DNA of 64,000 bases from Isurus oxyrinchus (lineage: Eukaryota). The stretch lies in NCBI GenBank assembly GCA_026770705.1, contig JANJGN010000033.1, positions 9,362,001 to 9,426,000 on the forward strand, written 5' to 3'. Below the pieces are notes generated by a model. That model was not told the origin of the DNA. It saw nothing but the letters and a program-made list of their open reading frames with translations, and ran no database searches. Shown here piece by piece: positions 24,392 through 35,708 of this stretch. Each line of letters opens with the position of its first letter. Within the stretch, counting starts at the first letter, position 1. The position numbers and the translations under genes are program-made.

Positions 24392-25448
24392 AAAGCAGCT
24401 GATTTTTGGGGGCAGAGGCAGTGACTGGGGGCGGGTGTCGATCTTTAACTGGTTCCTGGGCCACCCTCTCTGTGTAACTGAATCCCCTCGCACCCCCTCA
24501 GCCATCAGCGTCAGAGATACAACACCAGCTCACTGCAGTGTTAAACCCACTATTTCCACCCAGTGTCTGTAATGAGCAGCTCCCAGCACCATCTCCATTT
24601 CTGTCTTTTACTTTGTAAAACCACAGCTCAGTCTATCCTGACAACCATTTCCTGACCTCCCCCATCGATCGCTTCCAGCTCACTCTCCCTCCTCCACACT
24701 CCTCAACTCATCCTCCAAATCCCTACTGCCCAGTATCCTATCCCACTCTAACTCCTGCTCACCCAACTTCACCCTCCGCCCCACATTCTCACTCACCCCC
24801 ATGGCCTCTCAGTCCACCAACACCTCCTGTTTAAAATCCTCACCCTGCTCCTTAAATCCTTCCATTGCCTCCACCACACCCACCCCACCCTTTCACTCAA
24901 ACCTCCTCCAGACCTACAACCCTGCAAGTTCTCTGCCTCCCCACAGGTCTGGCCTCCTCCAAGTCCAATCTTTCACTCCCTTTGTCCCAACGTTGGAATT
25001 TGTGCTTTTCACTATCTGAATCCTTACCTCTGGAATTCCCTCCCTAAATCTCCCTGTCTCTCTCTCCCTTTCCTTCAAGACCCTCCTTAAAATCCATATC
25101 TTTGACCAATCATTGGGTCTCTCCTCATAATATCTCCTTTGGCTCTGAGTCCTTTTGATGAAGACGCTTCTGGTGAGCACCTTGGAAAATTTTCCTTTGT
25201 TAAAGGGGCTTCTCCAGCTGTTGTTGTTGTGGTCTCTCCTTAACTCTTCAACCTGAGTAGGCATCACATCAGTGCCAATTGGGTTGACCGTCCCTCCGTC
25301 AAATGGAAAGCCAGTAAAAGCTTTGGGAGGTTCCACAAGGCTCTGTGCCTTTGGGAGGGTCTGGGTGGGTGGTGAGGATCTGCAGGGGAGGTTGGTGATG
25401 TGGAGGGTACAAAGCAAGAGGCAGGGAAATCAGATAGGGTTTACTCAC

Positions 25449-25491
25449 CGACGGAGAGGTAGAGAAGAATCAGGCAGAGAGCAGGGTCCAT
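25449..25491 (-). CDS. Gene A exon 1: signal-peptide (leader) exon of a PILR-like Ig V-set receptor
   Basis: The minus strand reads gcaATG GAC CCT GCT CTC TGC CTG ATT CTT CTC TAC CTC TCC GTC G|gtgagt = MDPALCLILLYLSV. It is 43 nt, phase 1, with a consensus donor, and joins the V exon in frame (…LSV-V-MING). Confidence 0.85.
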
Positions 25492-25571
25492 TGCTGCTCC
25501 TCATCTCACTCTGCGGGTCTGGGAGAGGCTTCGATGTTCACGGAACGATGAGATGGGGCTTTGTTATACAC

Positions 25572-25650
25572 ATCTGAGTAGTTAGTTCTGCTTTACAAAT
25601 TCCTGTTTCTGTAATCTCACAACCTACTCCAGTTAGGAAATCCCCTCCCC
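25572..25650 (-). promoter_or_regulatory. Putative proximal promoter of gene A with an IRF-Ets composite and a kB-like site
   Basis: About 110-155 bp upstream of the ATG: GAAACAGGAA (25609-25600; fits GAAANNGGAA) and GGGGATTTCC (25645-25636; fits GGGRNWYYCC). The block is repeated at 1-50 and 39397-39475 and partly at 42325-42390. Confidence 0.45.
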
Positions 25651-26337
25651 TCATCTGAGGCTGAGGCTGATTATTGTGCCCAGGACCAGCCTGAGTATCG
25701 AAAGTGGATCCCGGGACACTGGTAAGTGGGGGCAAGATGGGGGGTGGTACATAGAGATGGGGATCACCGGGGGTCAGACGGTGTGGAGGGGCGCTGTGGG
25801 GGCTCAATGGTGGTAACATTCAGCAGTACACTCTCTTCCTGAGGTCAGGTCCCCAGAGAAGGCACTCGGTGTCTGTGAACGAGGGTCACCCACCCATTCT
25901 TCAACCAGAAGTGCCGAGTGGATGATCCATCTCAGTCTCCTCCGCAGGTCCCAGCTTCACAGATACCAGTCTTCAGCCAATTTGATTCACCCCACGTGAT
26001 CTCAAGCAACAGCTGAAGGCACCGGATAGAGCAGAGGGTATGACAATAGTACTGAAGACTTGTTTTCCAGAACTAGCCATGCCCCTAGCCAAGTTGTCCG
26101 AGTACAGCTATATCACTACCCGACAATCTAACATTCACACCACACAAGTGCCAGGCAATGGCCATCTCCAACAAGAGAGAATCCAGCCACATCCACCACA
26201 TTAAAAGTTGACCTTCTGCACATTTGGAGCATCGTAACAGTGACTTCAATAAGATCATGGCTGGCCTGATTATCACCTTAATTATACTTTCATTCCGCAT
26301 ATCGTGTGGCTCTCCTCAGGATTAAGCTTGTCGTAGT

Positions 26338-26835
26338 CCCTGGGGAGACAGGAGAGTCAGTGTGGGAGACCCTGGGGGAGACAGGAGTGTCAGTGTGGGA
26401 GACCCTGGGGAGACAGGAGTGTCAGTGTGGGAGTCCCTGGGGGAGACAGGAGTGTCAGTGTGGGAGACCCTGGGGGAGACAGGAGTGTCAGTGTGGGAGA
26501 CCCTGGGGAGACAGGAGTGTCAGTGTGGGAGACCCTGGGGAGACAGGAGAGTCAGTGTGGGAGACCCTGGGGGAGTCAGGAGTGTCAGTGTGGGAGACCC
26601 TGGGGAGACAGGAGTGTCAGTGTGGGAGACCCTGGGGGAGACAGGAGTGTCAGTGTCAGAGACCCTGGGGGAGACAGGAGTGTCAGTGTGGGAGACCCTG
26701 GGGGAGACAGGAGTGTCAGTGTGGGAGACCCTGGGGGAGACAGGAGTGTCAGTGTGGGAGACCCTGGGGGAGACAGGAGTGTCAGTGTGGGAGACCCTGG
26801 GGGAGACAGGAGTGTCAGTGTGGGAGATCCTGGGG
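26338..26835. repeat. 33-bp minisatellite, about 15 units
   Basis: Same unit; paralogue of 741-1108. Confidence 0.95.
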
Positions 26836-28179
26836 AGAGGCCGCTGAGACAATGCCAATTTGCATCCAATCAGTGGTGGTCGGTATAACTTCAGTAGTTT
26901 CCGGGTGTACAGGGCAGAGACAATGTAAATTCAAAAGGCAGCTGCAAACCTCCAACTGGCTCCACAGTGAAAATAACCTCATTTTCAATCTGTAAGGTGA
27001 AAAGCCTTTGCCTGGTGTTTGGTTTAGTCTATGGGTTGCTGCTGCCAGAATGGAGATAGCTGTAATCTGTAGCCCTGCTGATATATTTTACCCTGTGTAA
27101 ATTAATATAATGTTCGATTAGTTTAACGTAAAACCTCGAGAACTGAAGGTGTCATTCCTGAATTTAGATTCACATCTCAAACATCTCCTCCTGTCTCACC
27201 TCCTCTCATCTTCCCTCCTCTCCCCTCATCACTCCTCCCTCTGCCCTCCTCTCCCCTCACCTCTCCTCCCTCTGCCCTCCTCTCCCCTCACCTCTCCTCC
27301 CTCTGCCCTCCTCTCCCCTCACCTCTTCTCCCTCTGCTCTCCTCTCCCCTCACCTCTCCTCCCTCTGCCCTCCTCTCCCCTCACCTCTCCTCCCTCTGCC
27401 CTCCTCTCCCCTCACTTCTCCACCCTCTGCCCTCCTCTCCCCTCACCTCTCCTCCCTCTGCCCTCTTCTATGTTCTCTTCTACACTCCTCTTATCCCCTC
27501 TCCTCTTTTCTACTTTCCTCTCTTCTCCTTTCGCCTCATCCTGTCTTGACTCGCCTCCTCGCCTCCTATCTTGTCTCATACCCTCTCCTCTTATCTCATC
27601 TCCTCCCCTCCTCTCCCCTCACCTCTCCTTTCCTTTCCTCCACTCTCCTCTCACCTCCTCTCCTCTTATCTCCCCTCAAACCCACACCTCTCCTCTCCTC
27701 CTCCGCTTCCCTCTCCAGCTCGAATCTCTCTCTGTTTATCTGTAAATGACCCCCTCCCACCCCTCACCCATTACAAACAGGGTCACAACACTGGATAATT
27801 GATGGGGTTTCCCAACAGTTTCATTCTAACCAAGGTTTCCAGATGTTCCCCATCGATCGCTCCGGATTCACTGTCCATCCTCCACCCACAATGGCCTTGC
27901 TCCCTCCCTATCTCTGTTATCTCCTCCAGCCCTATCACCCTCTGAGATCTCTGCACTCCTCCAATACCTGTCACTTGGACATCCCCGAGTATAATCGCTC
28001 CACCATTGGCGGCCGTGCCTTCCCTTTGGAATTCCCTCCTTAATCCTCTCCACCTCTCTCCCCTTCATTCTCAAAGCAATTCCTCACACCTCCTGATATT
28101 TCCTTTGGAACCGTGATCCTTTGGTGAAGGTGGTGGGGCACGAAGTCAGGGACAGGACAATAAGATAGGTTTTACTCAG

Positions 28180-28222
28180 CGGCGGAGAGGCACAGAACGA
28201 TCAGAGAGAGAGCAGAGTCCAT
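28180..28222 (-). pseudogene. Leader exon with a dead donor (copy 3)
   Basis: Same sequence as 2638-2680, with a ctgagt donor. Confidence 0.75.
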
Positions 28223-31200
28223 TGGGGAGCCACACCTCACTCTGTGTGCCTGGAGGAGGCGCCACTGATCACAGGCTGATGAGACAATGTGTATAACACA
28301 CAACCCACGAGCAGTTAGTTCTGTTTTTCTCAACTTCCTTCCATTTCTGTCTCTGGGGAAAAACTATCTGCCAAATCATTTCCAACTTCCCTTTCAAAGT
28401 CCCAGCTGTCAAGCCTTTCGCCCTCTGCTGGCCGTGACATTTCTATAGACTCACACTTGAAACCTCAGGACACGAGCTTCTCAAGAATTCTGACACTGTA
28501 TCGCAACAGCCCTTATCAAAGTCACCAATGACATCCTGTGTGAGGGTGACTGAGGTAAACTTTCCCTCCTCCTCCTCCTCGGCCTGTCTGCAGCCTTTGA
28601 CACGGTCGACCACACCATCCTCCTCCAACACCTCTCCACAGCCTGGATGGGATGGGACTGGTCTCCCCTGGTTCCAGTCTCACCTCTCCAATCGCAGCCA
28701 GAGATTCACTTGCAATGTCTCCCGTTCCTGTCCTCACACCGTGACCTCAGGTTTTCCCCAAGGATCTATCCTTGGCCCCTCCTATTCCTCATCTTCATTC
28801 TGCACCTTGGCAACATCATCTGAAAGCCCAGCGTTAGTCTTCATGTGACCACTGATGACAGCCTGATCAACCCCGCCACCAGCTAACTCGACCACCCCAC
28901 TGTCTGTAAATTATCATGCTCACCCGATAAACAGGAATTTCATCCAGTTCAATATTGGGAAGTGTGAAACCACTGTTTATGGTTCTGGTTACAATCTCCA
29001 GTCCCTAGCTACCAATCCCATCCCTCTCCCTGGAAACCGTCACATTGACCCAGAGATGAGCTTCCAATGACAAGTCACTAAGACCACCTATTTTCACCTC
29101 CGTAACACCACCCAATTCCACCCCGTATCAGCTCATCGGCTGCTGAGACCCTCACTGATGCCTCTTTACCTTGAGGCTTGAGTATTCCAAGTCATTCCTG
29201 GCTGGTCTCCCACATTGCACTGTCTGTAAATTTGAGGCTATATCCAATCTCTGCTGTCCTCAGTCACAGCACTGGTGAACCTTGGGTCTAACCAAAATAA
29301 ATGTAAAAAGCTAAAGACCAGGATTGTTGCAAAACAGGGTTTTGACTCACGATCGCCTATTTTATTACTCTTGAAAACTGTGGTAACAAAATCCCTATGT
29401 GTTATTAAGAAATTGCTAAAAGAAAGACCTTACAAATCTCTACTCCCTCCTTGGTTCACCCCAGAGAGGTAAAAGGGGCAGATGACATTTATGGTATATG
29501 TTGGGTTGGTGCCAGAGATGTTAGTAAGGTCAGGTTGTATTAGTTACACAGTTGAAATGTTTGGTAAATGTAGCGATTTCTTTCAGGCCATTTCCCTCAC
29601 ATCAGTTGATTGCCCTGTGATTGGTTATCCTTAGAGAATCAGAATTAGGCCTCCAATTTCAACATTGCTACAGTCACCCTGCAACTATATGTGGGTGTAA
29701 AGAAAGACAGATAAAAGCTTCATTTATGTAGCAACTTTCACAATGTCTCAAGTTGCATTAGCGCCAATGAAGCCTTTAAGTTGTGAAAGTCACTGGCATA
29801 AGGTAAGCAGAGCAGGCTCGAGGGGCCGAATGGCCCACTCCTGCTCCTAATACATTCATGTATGCATCATTCAGATGGATGAAATGAGCTGTGCTAGATG
29901 GCTTCTGTTATCCGTAATCATGTTGTGAACAGAGGGTGGAATCATGGCTGGAGTTCTGTTGATTTAGTTGTAAATGGAGGTTTACTGAGTAGGCTGTGTG
30001 GGGTGAGATTGCCAGGACAGGAGTGTGTAATGGTCTCAGAGTGAATCAGTAACCTGTTTCACTGCACATGATTCTCAAGAGGCTTTTCCATTGATTTAAT
30101 TTTGTCCATTTGTCTAATTACCCAGTAGCCCACAGTATCTTGGTGCTGTCATGAGTTTTTTGAGCTGTTGAAATATGTGATAAAGTTGTGTTACATAGTA
30201 AATATTGAAACTTTATTGAAGAGAGAAGCAGCAAACAGCAGTGTCTTCAGACTTGCTGATCAAGAAAACACAGGGACAATTGTGAACCAGTTACTCTTTG
30301 CCCTGAGGCCCCATAAATGTTGTGCTGCACAGAGACACCAGAGGGCTCCAATTCTTCTCACTGACCCAAGTTGTTCAATCATCCCACATATGCTGCTCAG
30401 GGCTCATTTGATTTTTCTACCGTGTGAGATACCTTTTAAAATAGAATCCAATTACATCCCTTCTATGAAATAATTATATTGAATAAAATCTATTTTATGC
30501 ATCTCTGGGATGTGAGCTTCACTGGCTGCGCCAACATTTATTGCCCATCCCTAGTTGCCCTTGAGAAGGTGGTGATGAGCTGCCTTCTTGAGCTGCCGCA
30601 GTACATTGTGTAGATGCACCCGCCGGGCTGTTCAGGAGGGAGTTCCGGGATTTTGACCCAGCGACAGTGAAGGAACGGTGATATATTTCCAAGTCAGGAT
30701 GGAGAGTGGACTTGGAGGGGAGCTCCCAGGTGGTGATGTTCCCCATTTGTCTGCTGACCTTGACCTTCTAGATGGTAGTGCTCGTGGGTTTGGAAGGTGC
30801 TGTCGAAGGAGCCACTGGGATATTTTCCTGTCAAATTAATAAAATTGCATGATGCTGTTGAAGTAAAATTTGTACACTCTGCTTAATAGTCATGGTGGGA
30901 TCACCTATACGATGTACTCAAACTAACACAGCGCTATGTTGCTGCTACTCTCAATATTAAGTAGCCTTGCTGCATAGATATCGAGCGGCATTTTTAACCC
31001 GATGCCAACAATGGGCTTTATCATTTTGCTAGCACCTTCCTGTCATTGTTTGGTGACTTGGTCGGTGAATCTCGGAAGGGGGATAAAATATCAGGAATAG
31101 TGGGAGGGGAGGGTTAAAGAGGTGGCAGGGTGTTGTGGGTGAGGTGGGTGGAATGAAAATGCAAACACTCTGGGAAACAGGTTCGAATCCCATCTGGGCA

Positions 31201-33536
31201 GGTGGTGGAATTCGAATGCAATTAATTAATGAAGTCTGGAATCTAAATCTAGTCTCGGGAATGGTGACCATGAATTTGTCATCAATTATTGTAAAAACCC
31301 CTCTTGGTCACTAATGCCCCTAAGGGAAGGAAATCTGCCATCCTTACCGGGTCTGGCCTTCCTGTGACTCCAGACCCACAATAAGCAGTTGAATTTTAAC
31401 TGCCCTATGCATTGGCTGAGCAAGCCCCTCCTTTGAAGGGGCAATTAGGGATGGGCAACAAATGCTGACCTTCCCAGTGAAGACCACATCCTGTGAAAGA
31501 GTGAAAAATAAACAAATAAGGGGCCTGCAAACAGGAGAAGAGCCGTGGCCCGTGACTTTTCTCTCTGGCTCTGGGTTCATGGCAGAGCTGACACTCCACA
31601 GAATTTAAATTACCACAAAAAAAAATTTAGCAGCAAACAGAGACTATTTCACCACAGAAATGTACAGCATTAGAGTTTATTTACTCAGCGAACAGGGTCT
31701 GTTATTTATATTCTTTTACAGCATGTGGGCATCGCTGGCTAGGCCAGCATTTATTGCCCATCACTAATTGCCCCTTGAGAAGGTGCTGGTGAGATGCTTT
31801 CTTGTGACGCTGAACCCTATGGGGTGTAGGTACACCCACACTGCTGTTAGGGACGGAGCTCCAGGATTTTGACCCAGTTGGTTTCAATTCTGCACTAAAG
31901 CAAGTCTTCACCAGCGTCTGCTTCAAAAGGAGGTTATAATTAGTTCAGAAAAGTGTGGTCTGCTAACGATGTGGCTCCTTCATATGATAATGAGTGATCC
32001 GGCAAAATTGCAGGGCCCAGCACATCAGGACATATGGCCCTCAGTCACAGATTCTGACTGGTGACTTCAGTTTGATCCACTCGTCTCTCGTTTGGTCTGT
32101 TCCCAGAACCTTCGATCGGGAGAATCTGAAATTGATAACACAGGTTTATAGCAGCGAAACTCCCATGTGAAAGGACTGAGGCAACAACCAGGAATTCCAA
32201 TAGACCAGAAGGAGGGACACTCAATGCTTGCAACTTTCACTCATGAGATGTTAGCATTACTGGCTCAGCCAATCTTTATTGCCCATCCCTAATTGCCCTT
32301 GAGAAGGTGGTGGCGAAGCTCCTTCTTGAACCACTGCAGTCCGTGTGGTGTAGGTACACCTACAGTGCTGTTAGGGAGGGAATACCAGGATTTTAACCCA
32401 GAGAGAGTGAAAGAATGGTGATATATTTCCAAGGCAGGATGGTGAGTGACTTGGAAGGGAACAGGCAATTGGTGGTGTTCCCATGCATCTGCTGCTCTTG
32501 TCTATTTTGGTGGTTGAGGTTTCCTGTTTCGAACTTCAGTTAAAGGGACCTTGGGGAGTTGCTGCAGTGCATCTTGTAGATGGTACACACTGATGTCTCT
32601 GTGTGTCAGTGGTGGAGGCATTCAATGTTTTTGGATATGGTGCCAATCAAGCAGGGCTGCTTTGTACTGGAGGCTGTGGAGCTTCTTGAGTGTTGTGGGA
32701 GCTGAGCTCATCCAGGCAAGTGGAGAGTATTCCATCAGACTCCTGACTTGTAGATGGTGTGCTGCCTTCGAGGAGTCAGAAGGTGAGTTACTTGTTGCAG
32801 AATTCCTATCCTGCTCTTGTAGCCACAGTGTTTATATGGCAGGGTCAGTTTAATTCTCATCAATAGCAACACCCAGGAAGTTGATAGTGGGGGACTCAGC
32901 AATGGAAACTTCGTTAAAGGTCAAGGGGGTGCTGCTTAGACTCTATCTTATTTGAGATGGTCATTGCCTGGCACTGGTGTGGCACGAACGTTACTTGCCA
33001 CACACCAGCCCAAGCTTGAATGGTCTCCATGTCTTGCACCATGCAGGTGTCATCAGCATCTGTACCTGAGGAGTTGTGAATGGTGCTGACCATTGTACAG
33101 TCACCAGTGACCATCCCCACCTCTGACTTCTGGATGGAAGGAAGGTCATTGAAGAAGCAGCTGAAGATGTTTGGCCCTCGGGCACATCCCTGTGGAATGC
33201 CTGCATCGAGGACCTGGGATTGGGAACCACCACCACCTTCCTTTGTGTTCGATGTGACTCTATCCAGTGGAGAGATTCCCCAGTGCTCCTTGATGTCACA
33301 CTCGGTCAAATGCTACCCTCATCTCAAGAGCAGTCACTCTCATCTCACCTCTGGAATTCAGCTCTGTTATCCAGGTTTGGAGCAAGGCTGGAATGAGGAC
33401 AGGAACTCAGTTATACAGAGACTCTGACTGTCCACTGGGGTGGGCTCCAGATTGATTGAGAGGCCATGTCTCATTTTCTTTAAAACAAACATTATGTTTT
33501 ACTACATCAAAGAAAATATTGATGATATCACAGAAC

Positions 33537-33736
33537 TCAGATTACCGTAACTTCTCTGCTCTTCATCAGATAAATTCCGATCAGCCAGACAATCGCCAGC
33601 ATTCCCAGAGCGAGAACGGACCGGATGATCAGGATTACACCCTGGCCCGGTTTGTCTTCATCTTCCCCAGTGAGCTCTGATGTTGCTGCAGTCACTGAGG
33701 GGGTTAACGGGGCTGGTGAGGGTGTGGGTCCCTGTC
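33537..33736 (-). CDS. Gene B exon 3: stalk, Arg-containing TM and short tail
   Basis: 200 nt, in frame: GQGPTPSPAPLTPSVTAATSELTGEDEDKPGQGVILIIRSVLALGMLAIVWLIGIYLMKSREVTVI*. It is not in the ORF track and was read manually. The joined CDS is 612 nt (203 aa). Confidence 0.85.
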
Positions 33737-33831
33737 CTGTGAAATACAGGAATGGAAATCAATGATGTGGAAACAGGAACACGGACACAAACCAGGAACA
33801 GAGTGTGATGGGAAACAGGGGAAATAGTCCC

Positions 33832-34278
33832 AGTGTCACAAACCCTGGGAGACAGGAGTGTCAGTGTGGGAGACCCTGGGGGAGACAGGAGTGTCAGTGT
33901 GGGAGACCCTGGGGGAGACAGGAGTGTCAGTGTGGGAGACCCAGGGGGAGACAGGAGTGTCAGTGTGGGAGACCCTTGGGGAGACAGGAGTGTCAGTGTG
34001 GGAGACCCTGGGGGAGACAGGAGTGTCAGTGTGGCAGGCCCTGGGGGAGACAGGAGTGTCAGTGTGGGAGACCCTGGGGGAGACAGGAGTGTCAGTGTGG
34101 GAGACCCTGGGGGAGACAGGAGTGTCAGTGTGGGAGACCCTGGGGGAGACAGGAGTGTCAGTGTGGGAGACCCTGGGGGAGACAGGAGTGTCAGTGTGGG
34201 AGACCCTGGGGGAGACAGGAGTGTCAGTGTGGGAGACCCTGGGGGAGACAGGAGTGTCAGTGTGGGAGACCCTGGGGA
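33832..34278. repeat. 33-bp minisatellite, about 13 units, in intron 2 of gene B
   Basis: Same unit. Confidence 0.95.
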
Positions 34279-34490
34279 GGGTGGGTAAAGGCTGGAATCG
34301 GAGGACAGCAGGGAATTTGGAGACTTGTGGGATTGGAGGAGATCACCCAGACAGGGTTAATGGGATGCGAGGAATTTTTAAAAAAAGACCTTTGAAAATG
34401 AGGCAAATCTGAAAACAAATTCAGAAGTATATAAAAGTATTTTATCAAGAGGTTGGAGAGAGGAATGCAAAGATCCAAATGAGTGTTTAC

Positions 34491-34859
34491 CTCGTACAAT
34501 GAGGCGTGTCCCAGTGTTGCTTTGCCATCCACTGGTGTACATCCCTTCTCCCTCCACGAGACAGAAATAAATGTTCTCGTCACTTTGTTTTATGTGGTTT
34601 ATCCGGATGGTTCCGGTGTTTTTCAGAATTGGATCTCCCAGGAAATCAATCCGGCCTCGGTAATGAGGGTGAATGTAACTCCATGAGAGGTTGAATATAA
34701 ATTCTCCAAAACGATCATTTCTTCTCCAGTGAATGTTTATCTTACTGGGTTTGTATGCTTCTGGGTAAGTGAATGAACAGGGGATATCGATCGATTTCCC
34801 GACCACACCCTCCAGGCGGTCAGTCTGGTTCACACTGAAATCATTTCCATTTATCATCA
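34491..34859 (-). CDS. Gene B exon 2: Ig V-set domain, PILR-like, lacking the F-strand Arg
   Basis: Acceptor ctaccccag, donor G|gtaaac, 369 nt, phase 1-1, open. Motifs are SIDIPCSFTYP, IHWRR, SDENIYFCLVE and WQSNTGTRLIV. About 61% aa identity to V of gene A by manual count (75/122). Confidence 0.92.
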
Positions 34860-34979
34860 CTGGGGTAGACAGAAACAGAAAGTGGTTATTTCAGAAGCCC
34901 CAATAAATCTCACCCAATAGAAACCCAGTCCAGGAATGCTCTCAGGAACAGGGAAACTCCGAATCCGAAAGTGCAGCCG

Positions 34980-35570
34980 GTAACTCTGTAAATCTGTTAT
35001 TCTGTATATAAACCACACGCACCCTGAGATTAGATTCCAGTCTGTAACTCTGTAAATCTATTATTCTATATATAAACCACACGAACCCTGAGATTAGATT
35101 CCAGTCTGTAACTGTAAATCTGTTATTCTGTGTATAAGCCACACGAACACTGAGATTAGATTCCAGTCTGTAACTATGTAAATCTGTTATTCTATATATA
35201 AACCACACGAACACTGAGATTAGATTCCAGTCTGTAACTCTGTAAATCTGTTATTCTATATATAAACCACATGAATCCTGAGATTAGATTCCAATGTGTA
35301 CACTGTAAATCTGTTATTCTGTATATAAACCACATGAACCCTGAGATTAGATTCCATTCTGTAACTCTGTAAATCTGTTATTCTATATATAAACCACATG
35401 AACCCTGAGATTAGATTCCTTCTGTAACTCTGTAAATCTGTTATTCTATATATAAACCACACGAACCCTGAGATTAGATTCCAGTCTGTAACTCTGTAAA
35501 TCTGTTATTCTATAGTTAAACCACACGAACCCTGAGATTAGACCCCACTCTGTAACTCACTCCCGGGTAT
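34980..35570. repeat. 64-bp minisatellite (inverted), about 9 units, upstream of V exon B
   Basis: Reverse complement of the same unit. Confidence 0.95.
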
Positions 35571-35708
35571 CTTCTAATCTATGTATTAACCTCCTCAATC
35601 CCTCGATCAGACTCCAGTTTTTAATGTGTCTCTAACACTTCTCGGTTTTGATTGACGGTGACTGTGGGGCCTTGATGATTGACACTTTTCCTCTCCTAAT
35701 GTTTCTGT

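Larger units (their letters stand above)
26836..33835. repeat. Segmental duplication unit, copy 3
   Basis: Collinear and near-identical to 1109-8290. Confidence 0.95.

Noticed and set aside
33832-34278. Ig switch-region analogue between V and TM
   Set aside because: The consensus unit has no AGCT motif and the non-template strand is C-rich, the opposite of G-rich switch regions.
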